A stretch of 64,000 nucleotides of DNA from Batkoa obscura (taxonomy: Eukaryota), in NCBI GenBank assembly GCA_030770535.1, contig JASVEC010000002.1, positions 186,001 through 250,000 of the forward strand, in the 5' to 3' direction. The notes under the pieces are model-generated. The model worked only from the letters and a program-made list of their open reading frames with translations, ran no database searches and had not been told where the DNA came from. Position 1 is the first letter of the stretch. Each line of letters opens with the position of its first letter. A program made the translations under genes and the position numbers. Positions 1-13,476 of the stretch are shown piece after piece.

Positions 1-264
1 TACCGCTTTATCTAAATACAGTTTACTATTTAGGTGATGTACCATGGAGTTTTAAATTTTCTACAAAACTATTGATAAAAGCAGCTGGTTTTTTCGCAAA
101 GGAAAGCAAAAGTCTCAAAGACGACGTTGGATTAGTAGTAGTTATAAAATTAACACAAATGCCCAAAACGAGCATTTTGGTAAAAATTCTATAAGAAAAT
201 AATAATTTTGAGTGGCCAAAAATATAACTGAATTTGATGTTTTTTATTATAAAATAGGCTTAAT

Positions 265-1491
265 TTAAAGGGTTTTAATAAAATTTTTATAATTTTTATC
301 GAGTTCTTCTTTAGTCACCGTAGCAGTTGAATTAAAATCAGTTGTACCATTATTCATAGTAGCAAAACTAAGTTCTATAAAATCTAAAATAGTCAGATGA
401 AAGTTTATCTTTGAATAGTAAAATACCTTTATCATTATCATATAGGCTCTTCCTAAATAAAGATCTATTGATATATCTTAAATATATCTTTCTAAATGCA
501 GAATGGATGGTTGGATCACAGAAAAAGGCGATAAAGTTGAGGGTACCCAATAAACCACCTGTAATATTGGCAAAAATCGATAATTCAGAAGATTCAATGT
601 CTGAAAGATCATATGCTGACTGACTTAATATGATTCCAAGATTACCAATGATCATGCCTAATGGATATAGTGAGCTAAAATAAAAGTTAGACTATATTTT
701 AGATCGAAAAATTGTATACATTCTGAAACCCATAACTTTTACACTTCTAGTTGCTTCTACTGAAGCTCTTGCCCCACGAAACAATCTAAAATTCTGCACG
801 ATTTCTGTTTGGCTATTTAGTTTTACTGTAACAACAATGACAATTGTCAACAAATAGGCCATACAAAGAAGCATTACTAAGTTGCTGGCATAAAACTCAA
901 ACATTTTAGCATAATGCTCATCTTCCGTTGCAATAAAACACTTATTAAATTTACTATAGCCAAGGGATCCGTTTGCTATATTAACATTGATTAGCACAAA
1001 TTCTAAAAAAAAGCAATGTCATACCAAGTAAAGGAATGGTAATTAAAAGAGAAAGCAAAATAGAGCCAATCCAATACCCAGCTTCGATTTTCTTAGTTAC
1101 GTTAATCCCATGAATAAATACTAATTGTAAATTAAGTCCAATAGCAACATTAAGAAAAGCATAAAATATTGGGAAGGTCAATGATTGGAAAGCAATGAAA
1201 GTACATAAAGGGTTTCCTTCCTTATTATGTGCACGGGACCACAATGGAAAGGAATGTACCCAAATGTCGTAGCATGAAATAACGGTTTGTAGTCTAAGGG
1301 TTACTCTGTCCACCAATTTATGATCGTAAATTCCTATTAATTAAAATTAAAGAACTATATTATGCTGATATTATTTTATTACTTAAAGTAAGCATAGTTA
1401 CTACTACTATAGTTGCTAAAGCCAATGAGACCTTTGACATTTCTGGATAAACATATGTGTACACATATGTTGCGTAATCGGCTACGTTCAT
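265..1491 (-). CDS. 7TM GPCR, cAMP-receptor/Git3-like; 5 exons (1491-1383, 1333-1025, 975-720, 674-427, 383-265)
   Basis: Manual splicing of ORFs 981-1316, 692-997 and 368-655 using four GT..AG introns of 49, 49, 45 and 43 nt (branch-like CTAAT/CTAAC/CTGAC in three). Gives a continuous frame MNVADYATYVYTYVYPEMSK...LVDRVTLRLQ...FRISLYPLG...GTLNFIAFFCDPTI...KNFIKTL*. Hydrophobic helices and DRVxLRL / RxxLYP / DP motifs are typical of fungal cAMP-receptor-like GPCRs. Confidence 0.8.
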
Positions 1492-2788
1492 CTTAGTTTA
1501 GTAAATTAGTTAAATAATTTATTATACATCGTAAATGATCAACACTATTTATATAAGTCATTTTTGATATTATACTTGTTTATGAGTAATATAAAAATAT
1601 TAATTTTACATTTCATTTTTATCAAGTTGTAGCCAACTTTGAAAATATGACCTTAAATTTAAATTATTTTATCCCTTGTTATATTTGAAATTTTTAATAT
1701 ATATGATTCAAATAATTTAAAAATAGAAATGATACTAAGTCGTTTGTGGTTTACATATTACTTTAATAGACCTAACATTTTATTGTTCCACAACGTAAAT
1801 ATCAGTAGAGATAAGCTTTCTATTGTTTTGGAAATACTAAATCTTTCATTTTCAATATAAACGGACTAGTACAATAAAAATAAAGTAGGCTAATAATAAT
1901 ATTTTAAGTGATTTTAAGTTAATATAATATTAAATGAGGCTACATTGAAAATAGATGCTATGGTTTCTCTATACTATATTTTAAGACATTAAATCGAAAT
2001 TATAATTTATAGCAATAATAACTTTTTGGATTTACGCAAGAATAGGAGACGATTTAGGCACCAAATCTTAAAAATATAGATAAGAAATGAATCAGACGAT
2101 ACATATTTGCTATTACCGTTCTTTGATGATTTCATAAATCTGCATGGTTTACCATAGCTTACTATTAGTTATGTTCCTTGTGATTAGATATTCAAAAGCA
2201 AAAATTTAGGCTTTAAACATAATCCTCAAATTGACAAGACTATAAACTAAGGCAAATAGCATTATTTTTGTAATCAAATCAATATATGAATTATTTTTAA
2301 ACTATTTTCAAACTATTTTTAAAGATTATGAATGATTATATACTTTCATGAACTAGAACAATTTAAGGCTAAAGCACATTCGGTATCAGTAATAGTATTT
2401 AACTAAGTATGTAAACTAATCCCCTAAAATAAATTTAATTTTCTTTTTAAACTTCATGTACCCGCCATTGAATGTTCTTTGAACTTCAGTAGTTTGGACC
2501 ATTTTGCTATGATCCAAATATTTACATTTTAGTAGCTAATAATTAATTATTAAGACTTTATTTATTGTAGCATATGAATAAGTCACGTAGTCAATATTAC
2601 GAATTCATGATGCTGATTTGAATAAAAATATGTTCCATATATCATACTATATATATAATATCTAAATAATAATTTATAGAATACTAAATAACATGACAAT
2701 ACTGTAGCAAACTATCAAATAAAAATTGTTGTACATATAACACATTGCATTTAATTCTTTAATGAATGAATCGCTTAAAATTAAATAT

Positions 2789-2987
2789 GTGAATATATTT
2801 TTTAAGAATTTTACTAACAATTTTTCCACTCAAATAGCGCTTAAAAAATGTAAAAAGTAATGAAGCCAAAAAAAACATCCACTATATGAGGATGTGTTTT
2901 TGTGTTTAAGAATTTTACTAACAAATTTTCTACGCAAATATCAGCTTAAAAAATGGAAAAAATAATCAAGTCAAAAAAAACACTCCC
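2789..2987 (+). mobile_element. Two tandem ~98-bp MITE copies (2789-2883, 2888-2987) separated by ATAT
   Basis: Both match the MITE core AAGAATTTTACTAACAA...GCTTAAAAAATG.AAAA..AAT.AAG.CAAAAAAAACA; ATAT flanks. Confidence 0.75.
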
Positions 2988-3606
2988 ATATGTATTTATT
3001 TACATACTATAGCTTTGATTAATACTAATGTATGAGTTATATTAATAAGAGTCTTACTGATCCAAGAATTTCTATCAAATTCAATAGAAATTCCGCTAAT
3101 TTATAATCTAAACTATAACAAAATAATTTAAAACTGTGTTGTGTGAAATATCGCTTTATCAGCTCTATGATTGATTGTAACATGATAACCATTTGAGTTG
3201 TTGTGCTCTCGAGTTCAGAGACGATTAGTGCTATGCTCTTATTTTGATTTGCTATGAGAATTTCTGCCACATGACTCCGAAGGATATTATCTCCCCCTTT
3301 TGATATCCATACTTGTTGGAGTTTAAAAGAGACTCTAGAACATAGTAGCTTGTGGTTTTTTAACTGAATTATTCCCTGATATCTCGAACATGTAATAAAG
3401 CCACTAAGTTTTCTTAATAGTATTTTGCATAGTTTTTACATTAGTATTGTCTATTCTATTTGTTTTACATAGTCTGTAGCCTATTATATGCCATTCTTCA
3501 TAATCCAAGTCTATCTTAGTCACATAAACTAAGACCTTTCGACTTATAGTGTAGTCAACCAAGCAATAGCTGTTTTTGACTCCAATCACTGAATACCAGA
3601 TCTCAC

Positions 3607-3915
3607 ACTGGGCATATATATTACATAAATCGTTTCTCTTATTACATTTTTGAAATTACTTGGCATATATTTAAAAAACGTTGACCTAGCTACTGCTTTA
3701 TCTCTTAGATCATTCAAATATTTACTGTATATCATTCTTATACTTTCATTTAATATATATATTATCTGATGAATATTTACTATCGTTATTTTTTTATTAA
3801 ATCTTGATGAAATAGTTGAATCATTTAGTAAATATTGTATAATAGTTTCAGTTTGCTTACCTTTAATTTTTTTTGTATTTTTAATAATAGGTTGTAATGT
3901 CAATATTTTATTATT
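3607..3915 (-). pseudogene. Degenerate internal fragment of the Sola-like transposase
   Basis: Encodes ...IIQYLLNDSTISSRFNKK...YSKYLNDLRDKAVARSTFFKY, matching roughly aa 125-225 of the 567-aa transposase; frameshifted; abuts the TIR at 3916. Confidence 0.85.
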
Positions 3916-6358
3916 GGGGTTGTCTGAATTAGTTTCATTATTTTATCCAATTTTTGAAAAATTTTGTATTTTAAAAACTTCGCTTAAAATTCTATAAAAT
4001 CACATCTTTTATTAAAACAAAAGTACCCAAACACAGTTTTAAATCATTCTATTATAGTTCATACTGAAGTTAGTTGAATTTTTACTAGATCTTAAATACG
4101 CGTTCTTATAAAGCTTTATTGAGAAATATTTATTATCAACTGCTTTATAACCAACATTGTAGATTTATTATCAAATAAATAAACTATTTTAATGCTATAA
4201 TTACATTATTAATATATTGCCAAGTTAATAAATAGCTGCATGGGAGGGAGTGGTCAGCCCCAAAACTATAATTAACCATCCCTATATAGTACAAGTAATA
4301 ATCATTTTTACATATTATTACAGTTACTTGTTCTTTGACCACTTATTAACTTAGCTATTAATAACTTAAGTAATCTTAACATTTAACAATCTATTTCTAT
4401 CATTCAACAAACTACTTACTTGCTTAGTAAATATCGAAATTTTTAAATACTCTGTTATCTTCGTAAGGTAAGCTGGGATTGATCTTTTAATTTTTCTGTT
4501 TTCTATAGACTCTATAACTTTAATTGGGACTATATCGCTTTTTTTTGATGTATCAGATACTGGATAACAATGTAGTTTATTGTTATGTTTAATAAAGTGT
4601 AAATACTTCTTAATGTCCTGCATCTCTATTATTCTTTTTGTATTTTTGTTTCTTTTATACTTTTTAAAAATTATATCTGTTTTCCCATTATTAACAGTCG
4701 AGTTATTAATTTTATTATGCTCACAAATAAAAGCCTCAAATCTTGAAATTAATTGATTGATATCTTCTATTTTACCTAACGCTTCAAAACTACTTTTCCA
4801 TTTTGAAAGGTTTCCAAAATGTCCATCAACTATACTTTTTCCATGATGCTCAGCAAAAAAATTAAGATTAACATTCAAACTACTATTTATTTTATGAATT
4901 TCTTTAAACATATAGTGTAGAAACTCTTGGGATCTAAAATGATTTCTTGTATCTGCCCATATATTAATTTTTGTAAACTTTTTAAATAGAAGCTCTGTAG
5001 AGATTAAATTGATTAAACAATCTCCTGCATATGCTGAATCATGATTCAATATTTCAGATAAATAATCAAAGTAAACTTTGCCTATTGTTTTATCATCTTT
5101 TAAGTATAATACACCAAAGCCTAATACTGATATAGCTTGTTTATTATAATGATCTAGATTTATTGAATCTGGTCTTGTCCCTATTTCCATATTTTGTTTA
5201 AAATCTAAAATCATTATACAACTTTTGTTATTTAATTTTTTAATAGTTTCATTAAATGTGTTTTTTTGAGTATCAACACAGAATTTATGTAATTTGTATA
5301 ATTTTTCTTCTTCGTTGAAAACTTCTTCTATCTCTGCTTTGTTTTTTGCTGTATTTATTTTATTTTCAAATAACTTTTTTCTAACTGTATACTGGGTACA
5401 TATATTACATAGACCCGTTTTTCTTGCTGGATTTTTGAAATTACTTGGTATATATTTAAAGAACGTTGACCTAGCTACTGCTTTATCTCTTAGATCATTC
5501 AAATATTTACTATATATCATTCTTCTACTTTTGTTTGATATATATATTATCTGATGAATATTTACTATCATTATTTTTTTTATTAAGTCTTGATGAAATA
5601 GTTGAATCATTTAGTAAATATTGTATAATAGTTTCAGTTTGCTTACCTTTAATTTTTTTTGTATTTTTAATAATAGGTTTTAATGTCAATATTTTATTAT
5701 TATTACTTGTTTTTGAATAATCATATTGATTTCTATTTATATTAAACCCAAAACTTTTACATTTATCAAAATAATATACTGAAGCTATAGTTGATAACAA
5801 CACTACTCGCTGATTTTTGTTTCCTGTTTCCCTTAAAGCACTAATTTTATACATTACTTGATTAAGTTTATTATTATCGATAGTAAACTTTGATAATATA
5901 TCTTTTCTTTGTTTTGTTTTATTATAAAATTCCATAAACCTTGGGTTGTTATAAGTAGCTTTTAAAATTGATGTAAATGAATTACAATGTTTATATTGTG
6001 TACTCCTCCCTATTGTATTGAAGTTTTCAAAAATTCCATTTCGAAGTTTAGTTATGAAAGTTTGCATTTTATTTTTATTTCTATTTCAACAAAAAATAAA
6101 GTCAAATAACTGTATTTATATAATTATATAATCATATAGCTATATATTATATATCTGTTAAATATCTAACAGAACTAATATAAAATATATAATTAGTAAA
6201 GTTAGCTATTTAAGAAAAGGAAACAATTAAAATAAGTTTTAAGTAGAGAGATTTAATTTTAGGCTTTTTAGATTTAACCGTCACATTAGACACAAATTTA
6301 AAAATTTAAAATTTGGATTAATTTCTAAGTAAACTCTGAAACCAATTAGGACAGCCCC
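3916..6358 (-). mobile_element. Full-length Sola-like DNA transposon copy with frameshifted transposase (ORFs 5525-6067 and 4366-5610)
   Basis: Both TIRs present (GGGGTTGTCTGAATTAGTTTCA at 3916; reverse complement of GGGGCTGTCCTAATTGGTTTCA ending at 6358). Frameshift in the (AT)n tract near 5540; DTGNH changed to DTRNH. Flanks TATT/AATA are not a direct TSD. Confidence 0.92.
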
Positions 6359-7120
6359 AATATAATTTTTAAAAAATACGAAAGAAACAAAAATATAAAA
6401 AAATAATAGAGATATAAGGCATTAAGAAGTATTTACATTTTATTGAACGTAGCGATGATCTACATTGTTATCGAGCATCTGATACATCAAGAAAAAGCGG
6501 TATAGTCCCAATTAAAGTTATAGAGTCTATAGAAAACAGAAAAATTAAAAGATCGATCTCAGCTTATCTTACGAAAACAACAGAGTATTTAAAAATTTTT
6601 CATATTTACTAAGCAAGTAAGTAGTTTGTTGAATGATAGAAATAGATTGTTAAATGTTAAGATTACTTAAGTTATTAATAGCTAAGTTAATAAGTGGTCA
6701 AAGAACAAGTAATTGTAATAATATGTAAAAATGATTATTACTTGTACTATATAGGGATGGTTAATTATAGTTTTGGGGCTAACCGCTCCTTCCTATGCAG
6801 CTATTTATTAACTTGGCAATATATTAATAATGTAATTGTAACATTAAAATAGTTTATTTATTTGATAATAAATCTACAATGTTGGTTATAAAGCAGTTGA
6901 TAATAAATATTTCTCAATAAAGCTTTATAAGAACGCGTATTTAAGATCTAGTAAAAATTCAGCTAACTTCAGTATGAACTATAATAGAATGATTTAAAAC
7001 TGTGCTTGGGTACTTTTGTTTTAATAAAAGATTTGATTTTATATAATTTTAAGCGAAGTTTTTAAAACATAAAATTTTTCAAAAATTGGATAAAATAATG
7101 AAACTAATTCAGACAACCCC
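6359..7120 (+). mobile_element. 3' fragment of an older copy of the same transposon, with right TIR
   Basis: Matches element sequence from about 24032 to 24793 with substitutions and indels; ends ...CAGACAACCCC|ATAT. Confidence 0.9.
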
Positions 7121-7277
7121 ATATATTAAAAGTTAATTTCTATATATACATTAATTAATAATTGTTTCAAAAAATTCCAGTAAAATAAAATTGATCTAAT
7201 TAAAGGGGTGTAGAAGGATTTATTGGTTTTTAGAAAACTAAATATGAATTATTTGTTTAGTTTTTAACAGTATAATA

Positions 7278-7349
7278 TTCTTCATGGTCCAGTGGTTAGG
7301 ATTTTCCGCTTTCACCGGAACGGCCGGGGTTCGATTCCCCGTGAGGAAG
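7278..7349 (+). tRNA. tRNA-Glu (anticodon TTC), intronless
   Basis: Cloverleaf: acceptor TTCTTCA/TGAGGAA, D arm GTCC-AGTGGTTA-GGAT, anticodon stem TTCCG/CGGAA with loop CT-TTC-AC, T arm CGGGG-TTCGATT-CCCCG. Confidence 0.95.
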
Positions 7350-8231
7350 AAGAAATAGTTGCTTTGACTTGTAGGCTATCTTATACTCAACTTTTAATAT
7401 ATGGATAGTTATGATATCTACTATTTAATTTTTTACATTATAGACTAAGTATCAATACCTTTTATACTACTTGTTTTAGTTAAATTACTTTGCTACTACT
7501 TGTAAAGCTTAAACGAAATTTCAAATAATACAATTTCGTTAGTAACTGCCATTGTGTTTCCCTTATACACTTCTGACCAAAATGGTTGTTAAACATTTCG
7601 GGTAAAGGACTTATATTCCTCATTATACCCCAAAAATAACCATAAGGAATTACTTTTTATAGAGTCACAAATGCTGGTCAATATAGTACTTTTTGCATTT
7701 TTATTATTATTATAAATTACCTTTTAAATGCTTTTATTATCTCACATAAATAAAGGTATTTACAGTTAATAGTTATTGTCCAATAATCAATTGAGTTAAA
7801 TTAAACTACATGATTTAAGAATTTTAATATCAAGATCGTACATTATTATATAGTTATACACAACACCACAATATGCAATCTTGTAAAATCAAAGCTTGTT
7901 TTATAAACTATCTATTAGTATTATCTCTTTATTTGGCTTTTGTAGTTTTGCAATAAATTGAAACAATACGTAAACGGTTACAAAGAGCCATATTTGATGA
8001 AATAGTCCAAACCTCTAGAAACTCTATATGGGGGTGTCTTTTTTAACTTTATAATAAATTTTACAACTTCATTATTGCATAAATATGGACAAAAATGAAC
8101 AAGATATTATTGTAGGCATTTTTAGCATATATTTAAAGCAACTGAAAATTTCAGCATGGTAAAGTTAGTAGCACAATTACGTATTTTATTTAAGAAGTGA
8201 TAGATAAAAATAAGCAGTAAATAAATGACAG

Positions 8232-8765
8232 TTATAATAATAAATAGCTTAAACTCATCCTTGTTGCACCCTTAGTTGGAGATGGAGGGGAAGGAGGGAT
8301 AGAATGAAGGATCATGTTAGAGTTTGATTCAAAATTACTTTGAGATGATAGCACAGAGGGGAAAGTTGTATTACTTTTGTTCGTTTTGGGTGATAGGCTT
8401 GAAGAAAGCTTTAAGAAAAGGGATTCTTCAATAGTATTTATCCATTGAAGCCCAGTATTGATCGGTACTAGGCTCGTCTTCTTCTTTTCCCTACATCTAC
8501 GATTTTGAAACCAAATTTGAAATTCTCTTGGATCCATTTGTAATTGTTGAGATATCTCTTTACGTGCGTCTTTCGGAGGGTATGGATTAAGAGTAAATAT
8601 TGATTCTAGAATTTTATGTCTCTCTTTCTTTAAAAGGCTTCTGATTCTTTTTTCTTTACTATCACTACTACTACTCTTATTATCTCTTATTTTATTCTTA
8701 TTATTATTAGGATCAGATGAAAAACTAAAGATATAAGTTTTATAGCTCTTAGTAGATTTGAACAT
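8232..8765 (-). CDS. Homeodomain transcription factor
   Basis: KRIRSLLKKERHKILESIFTLNPYP...EISQQLQMDPREFQIWFQNRRCREKK carries the helix-3 WFQNRR signature. S/P-rich tail ends RMSLSYLLL. First in-frame ATG is at 8765 (the ORF track starts at TTG). Confidence 0.9.
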   Translation of the reverse strand: MFKSTKSYKTYIFSFSSDPNNNKNKIRDNKSSSSDSKEKRIRSLLKKERHKILESIFTLNPYPPKDARKEISQQLQMDPREFQIWFQNRRCREKKKTSLVPINTGLQWINTIEESLFLKLSSSLSPKTNKSNTTFPSVLSSQSNFESNSNMILHSIPPSPPSPTKGATRMSLSYLLL

Positions 8766-11700
8766 ATATTGCAATGGGTAAATAAATAAAATAAAATTAA
8801 ATAAGATGACTATTTTTCTTAGAATAAATGCTATTCTTGAACTCCATTTATATACCCTTTTCCCAAATCCTAATTAATAGCAAATTATTCTATATCAAAG
8901 TTTAGTTAATAAAATGGCAACGGTAATTGAGCTTCTTTATTTATATCAAAAATGCACCTTTTTTAGAAAATATTTATTGGCGAGAGGAAAAATAGAAAAA
9001 TTAACTGGAAATTTTTTTTTAAAAAACCTCCAAAGTCTAAAATCCATGTTATGAATATTCATTTAATTAATAAACAATTTGTACGATATTGAAAGATAGA
9101 GAACAATTAAAAAGAAGTGAACAAAAAAGGTTGTAGGAAAAACTATTAATTTGGAATCCTTACTGGTTTCTTAATAATCTTTATTTCCCATCCTCACTTA
9201 TTTTTTACTTGACCTTGACAAGAAAGCTTTAAACTATACTTTCAGCATCTTAAAAGATTATTTCTAAAATAAGCTCCCTTCCTTAAACAACACTAAGGCA
9301 GTGTTGAATATGATCATAATAACACTATCAAAATAAGCAATAAATAAGAAATTTGGAGCAGAGTTTTACAGCTAATAGTTAATTATGCTACATTAGTATG
9401 CTTTTTCTGATTTTTTATATAAATCTGCTCGTTAATTTACTAAAAAAAATACAGTTCTTTATAAAGATGGGTGTAGAAAAATATTTAATGTTAGGAGTAA
9501 TTGAGTTGGCGGAAAGATACCAAATCGAAAATGGCTAGTTAACGATGCTAAATTGTACTACGAAATGGATGATCGAATTTAAATTAAATAATTTTATACA
9601 TTTAAATATTAGTGTCCGTTTTTTAAGCTCTGTGTTAAAGTTAATAGCCAATCTTCTATCTTTATTTAATCTTTCTGAGAGCATTTATTATAATTTGCTT
9701 TAAGTTTGATTTTATTTGCTGTTTTGGTAAGGTCCTTTATGGGTGTCTTCAGCCTTTACATAGTGCCTTTTCAATCAAATATACAGGTATCTCTTATACA
9801 ACTAGGATCACCTGGCCGTTAAAATTCCAAAAATATTGTGCAAAGACTAAGGACACCATAGTGGAATCTTACCGCTGTTTTAAACCTTTCATGTAATTGA
9901 TTTTTTCCACCTCAATGAACATTATCTAAAAAAATGTCAACAACTTTTATTTGAGAGGTTTTGTTTGTTGTACTGCTGATTTGATAGTTTTAAAGTATAT
10001 AGTAATTTATTAATTTTTAACTTTAGCTTAATCATTAGTCTTTTTAGTTTTTCAATCGATTAAAAGTTGAAAATACTAACTTACTATGACTAACTATATT
10101 ACAAGTTGATGTTGAATGGGATTGATTGGAATTTCTTAATTGTTATAACTAAACTCTTATGGTATACGTTCGAACATTAAATCTTATATTAAAAATAAAT
10201 ATAAAAAACTCTTTTTTTATTTTTCCTAATTTAATCTTATTAGACTTATTGTGATGAGTATATATGGTTTGGATGTTTTTCAGTTAAACAACCAATCAGT
10301 ATTAATCTTAGGTTAGTAGAAGTATTAAGTATTTCCATAAATGGCATATAACTTTATTCTGAAAAAACCATAGATTAGTGGTTATGACTGGTTTTTATCT
10401 TTAAAATTTTTAATAATCATATTTAATTAGGCTTTAATTTTTCTAAAGTGCAAATTGTAGTGTAACAAAAGCTTTATCATTGTAGCTATATATCTCTACT
10501 AATCTTTTTTATAAACTATTACAAGTTATTATCAAAACAACGAATAATAATCATTTAGTTTCCAACGATAATTTAGTATTACGGCTAATGGGTTACCCAA
10601 ATAAATTGATTAGGGACCAACTACATAAACTAAACAATATTTTGAAGGTATGGCATAAAAAATTATTTCATTCATTTATACCATAATATAGCAGTATTTT
10701 AAGCTATACAATTGGGAGAAATAATTATTCTAGTTAAACTTATAACAAGTTAAAGTAATATCTAAAAGCACTCAACATCGCGCTAGTACCTAATTATTTC
10801 CATAGAGTTTATTAAATAAAACGATTCACAATATCAAATCACTATGATTACTAACTGCTGTTTAAGCTCAGAATTATATAAATGATAGTTTTAGTTATAT
10901 ATGAAGAGCTTAAAACATTTGTTTAAATGAATAACAATAAGTGTATCTGTTTTTTAATTGATTATTATAAATGGTACTTATAAACCTATAGTCAAATCAA
11001 AATTTATAGCTTGCCAATATAGGAAAGAAGCCGAATTTTATAAACTTTGAAGTAAAAACCTATACTTTCCTTATCTTATGAACAAAAGTGAAAATACACT
11101 CTAAAAAACCACTCCCTAATATAAAACAATGAGGAGTTGTAAGCTGCAGTTATAATTTTGAAAATTGTTTTATTGTCTAATGAGGAAAATTTTCTATATA
11201 TTAACGTGTGTTTATTTGATTTAAGCATCAGCTCATAGCAGTGGGTATCCCTGCTTTCGAAAGTAATAAATACTATTGAACTATACTAATATGGATGCTT
11301 CCGAGTTATTTATTAGTTCTATGTATGATTAACAGGCAAATCAATTATTATAAAAGTGTGCATTTATACCATTTAATTTATTTAGATAAAATATCATGTA
11401 TTACATTAACACAACTTTTGATCTAAATAAATTTTGCTACAACATATGCCATTAAAGCTGAAATTTTATGAATTAAGCACTTTAGTGGCTGAATAATTAA
11501 AATTTATGCCATTTTTAAACTTTGGTAAAAAGTCTAATTTACCTATTAAATAAATTAATAAAGAATATCTTTGATACTGATAGAGCTTACTACTATAGCC
11601 AAATTTTATGTTATTAGCAATTGGATTTAAAGTCACATATAGAATGAGATAAATGAAATTATAAAGGTTCCATTACACTTTTATTATCCTTGTTTAGAGT

Positions 11701-13476
11701 TAATAAAGTTATCAAATAAACTGCTTTGGCTTGTAGATTTTGAAAATTATCCTTTGGACATTAGCCTTAATTAGGCTACGTACTTTTGTTATGAAACCAG
11801 CTATTTAAATAAGCTATTTATCTATTTGATTTTAATAATAAAATCCGTTATGACAATTTGGGCTGAACTGCCAAGAAGCTAAGTAAATATAGAATATAAA
11901 ACAAACATCAAAAGTTATATATTACATATCTACTATAAAGTATAAATGATGATATCAACTAAGTAATAGTCCTTTTAGGCATGTATCTTAAATTATACTC
12001 CAATATTCCAAATAATTTTAAGAGTTTTGATAAATACTATATTTCAAACATAACATTTATTATTTTATTTTACTCCAGTACCTAAGAATAATATAACTTC
12101 CATTGTATCATCTGGTCTAGATCATATAGTCATATATATTTATTGTATACTCATTTAAAAACATACTCATCGCAAATTTAGTATGTGAGAATACATTCTC
12201 AATTTTACACAAAATTGTTAGTTTTTTAAAGTTAATAAGTTCACCTATTTGCTATTAAGAGGTAGGTAAAACTAAACAATCAGAGATAATTAATTACTAA
12301 CAAAATTTGAGTAATAGTAACTAAATATTTTTCTGAATGTGGTAGAATAAAGTTGCTTTTGTTAGCTAATTAAATCATATGTCATAGTCTGTAAGCTTGT
12401 ATAAGCTAATTGACTAATATTTAGCAAATAAATAAATAATAATAGCATATATTATTTAGTACTCATCGGTATATTGCAGAAATGTATAGAGCTTATGCTA
12501 CCTTAATGACTCGATGCTTTTTTAGAATAAGAAAAATTAAAGTTGGTCGTAGAACCATGTTTGAATTATTAGTATCAATTTAGTGATTTGTAGATAGTGT
12601 AGATACTTTAAACTTCTGATCTTCAGCAAAGTTAAAAAAATCTTTGCTTTGAGGATACATGAGGTTAAGATGTGTGTAATTAGCTTAAATGAAACAAATT
12701 AGGGGGCTAAATTAAGATCATGGTTATAGAATATTGTTGGTTTTACAAAGCTTATTAGAAAATCTTTAGAATTTTAAAGAACTTTAGATATAGTTAATAA
12801 GTTCAAAAAATATCGCAAGTATGATATCTTATTTAAATGCTAATATGCTATAATCAATAAAGAGCCACCCTATATTTGAATTTTTTATATCTAAATACAA
12901 TAAAGTAAATAATTGATTTTTACAATTGATTTTTTAATTATGTTGTTTTAGTCAAGGTAATGCCAAATGTTAATGATCTATATTTTTGTAGCTTATTTTT
13001 TCGACATGTTAATTTTAAAACAGTTAGAATTTAAAATAAAATTTTCTACTTAATTTCTTTTTCCATTAATATAACGTAAAATTTAATACAATGAGATAGC
13101 TGTCTTGTCTAAAAAATTTAGTAAAATTGCTTCCGTTTAACAGCATTTAAAAAATGGAGAAAGCAATAAACCCAAAGTGACATCCTCAAATATTATAAAA
13201 CGCCCATAACAAGTTGTTAAAAATTCTAGAATTGATTGTGTTTAATTGCTTGACAGTTTTGTAACTTGCTGCTAATTTTTTAAATGCAAATAAGTAATTA
13301 TTAAGCAATATGATTTCAAATTTCGCATAAAAAAATTTAATGACAAATTAAATATACAAAAACGTCTAAATCCAACCACTTTTATAATATTTAATACAAT
13401 GATAAGTAATCTTTGAACATAATGATAAATGATACATAAATATAAAACTTAATTTGTAGTAAGCATATATTATGTA

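Noticed and set aside
1..200. Possible terminal exon of a + strand gene entering from the left edge
   Set aside because: Two partial open frames and a TTTAG acceptor, but no recognisable homology and the region is truncated by the window.
3037..3600. ORFs 3037-3270 and 3404-3589, slightly GC-richer
   Set aside because: Possibly a decayed element or gene, but non-ATG starts and no recognisable motif.
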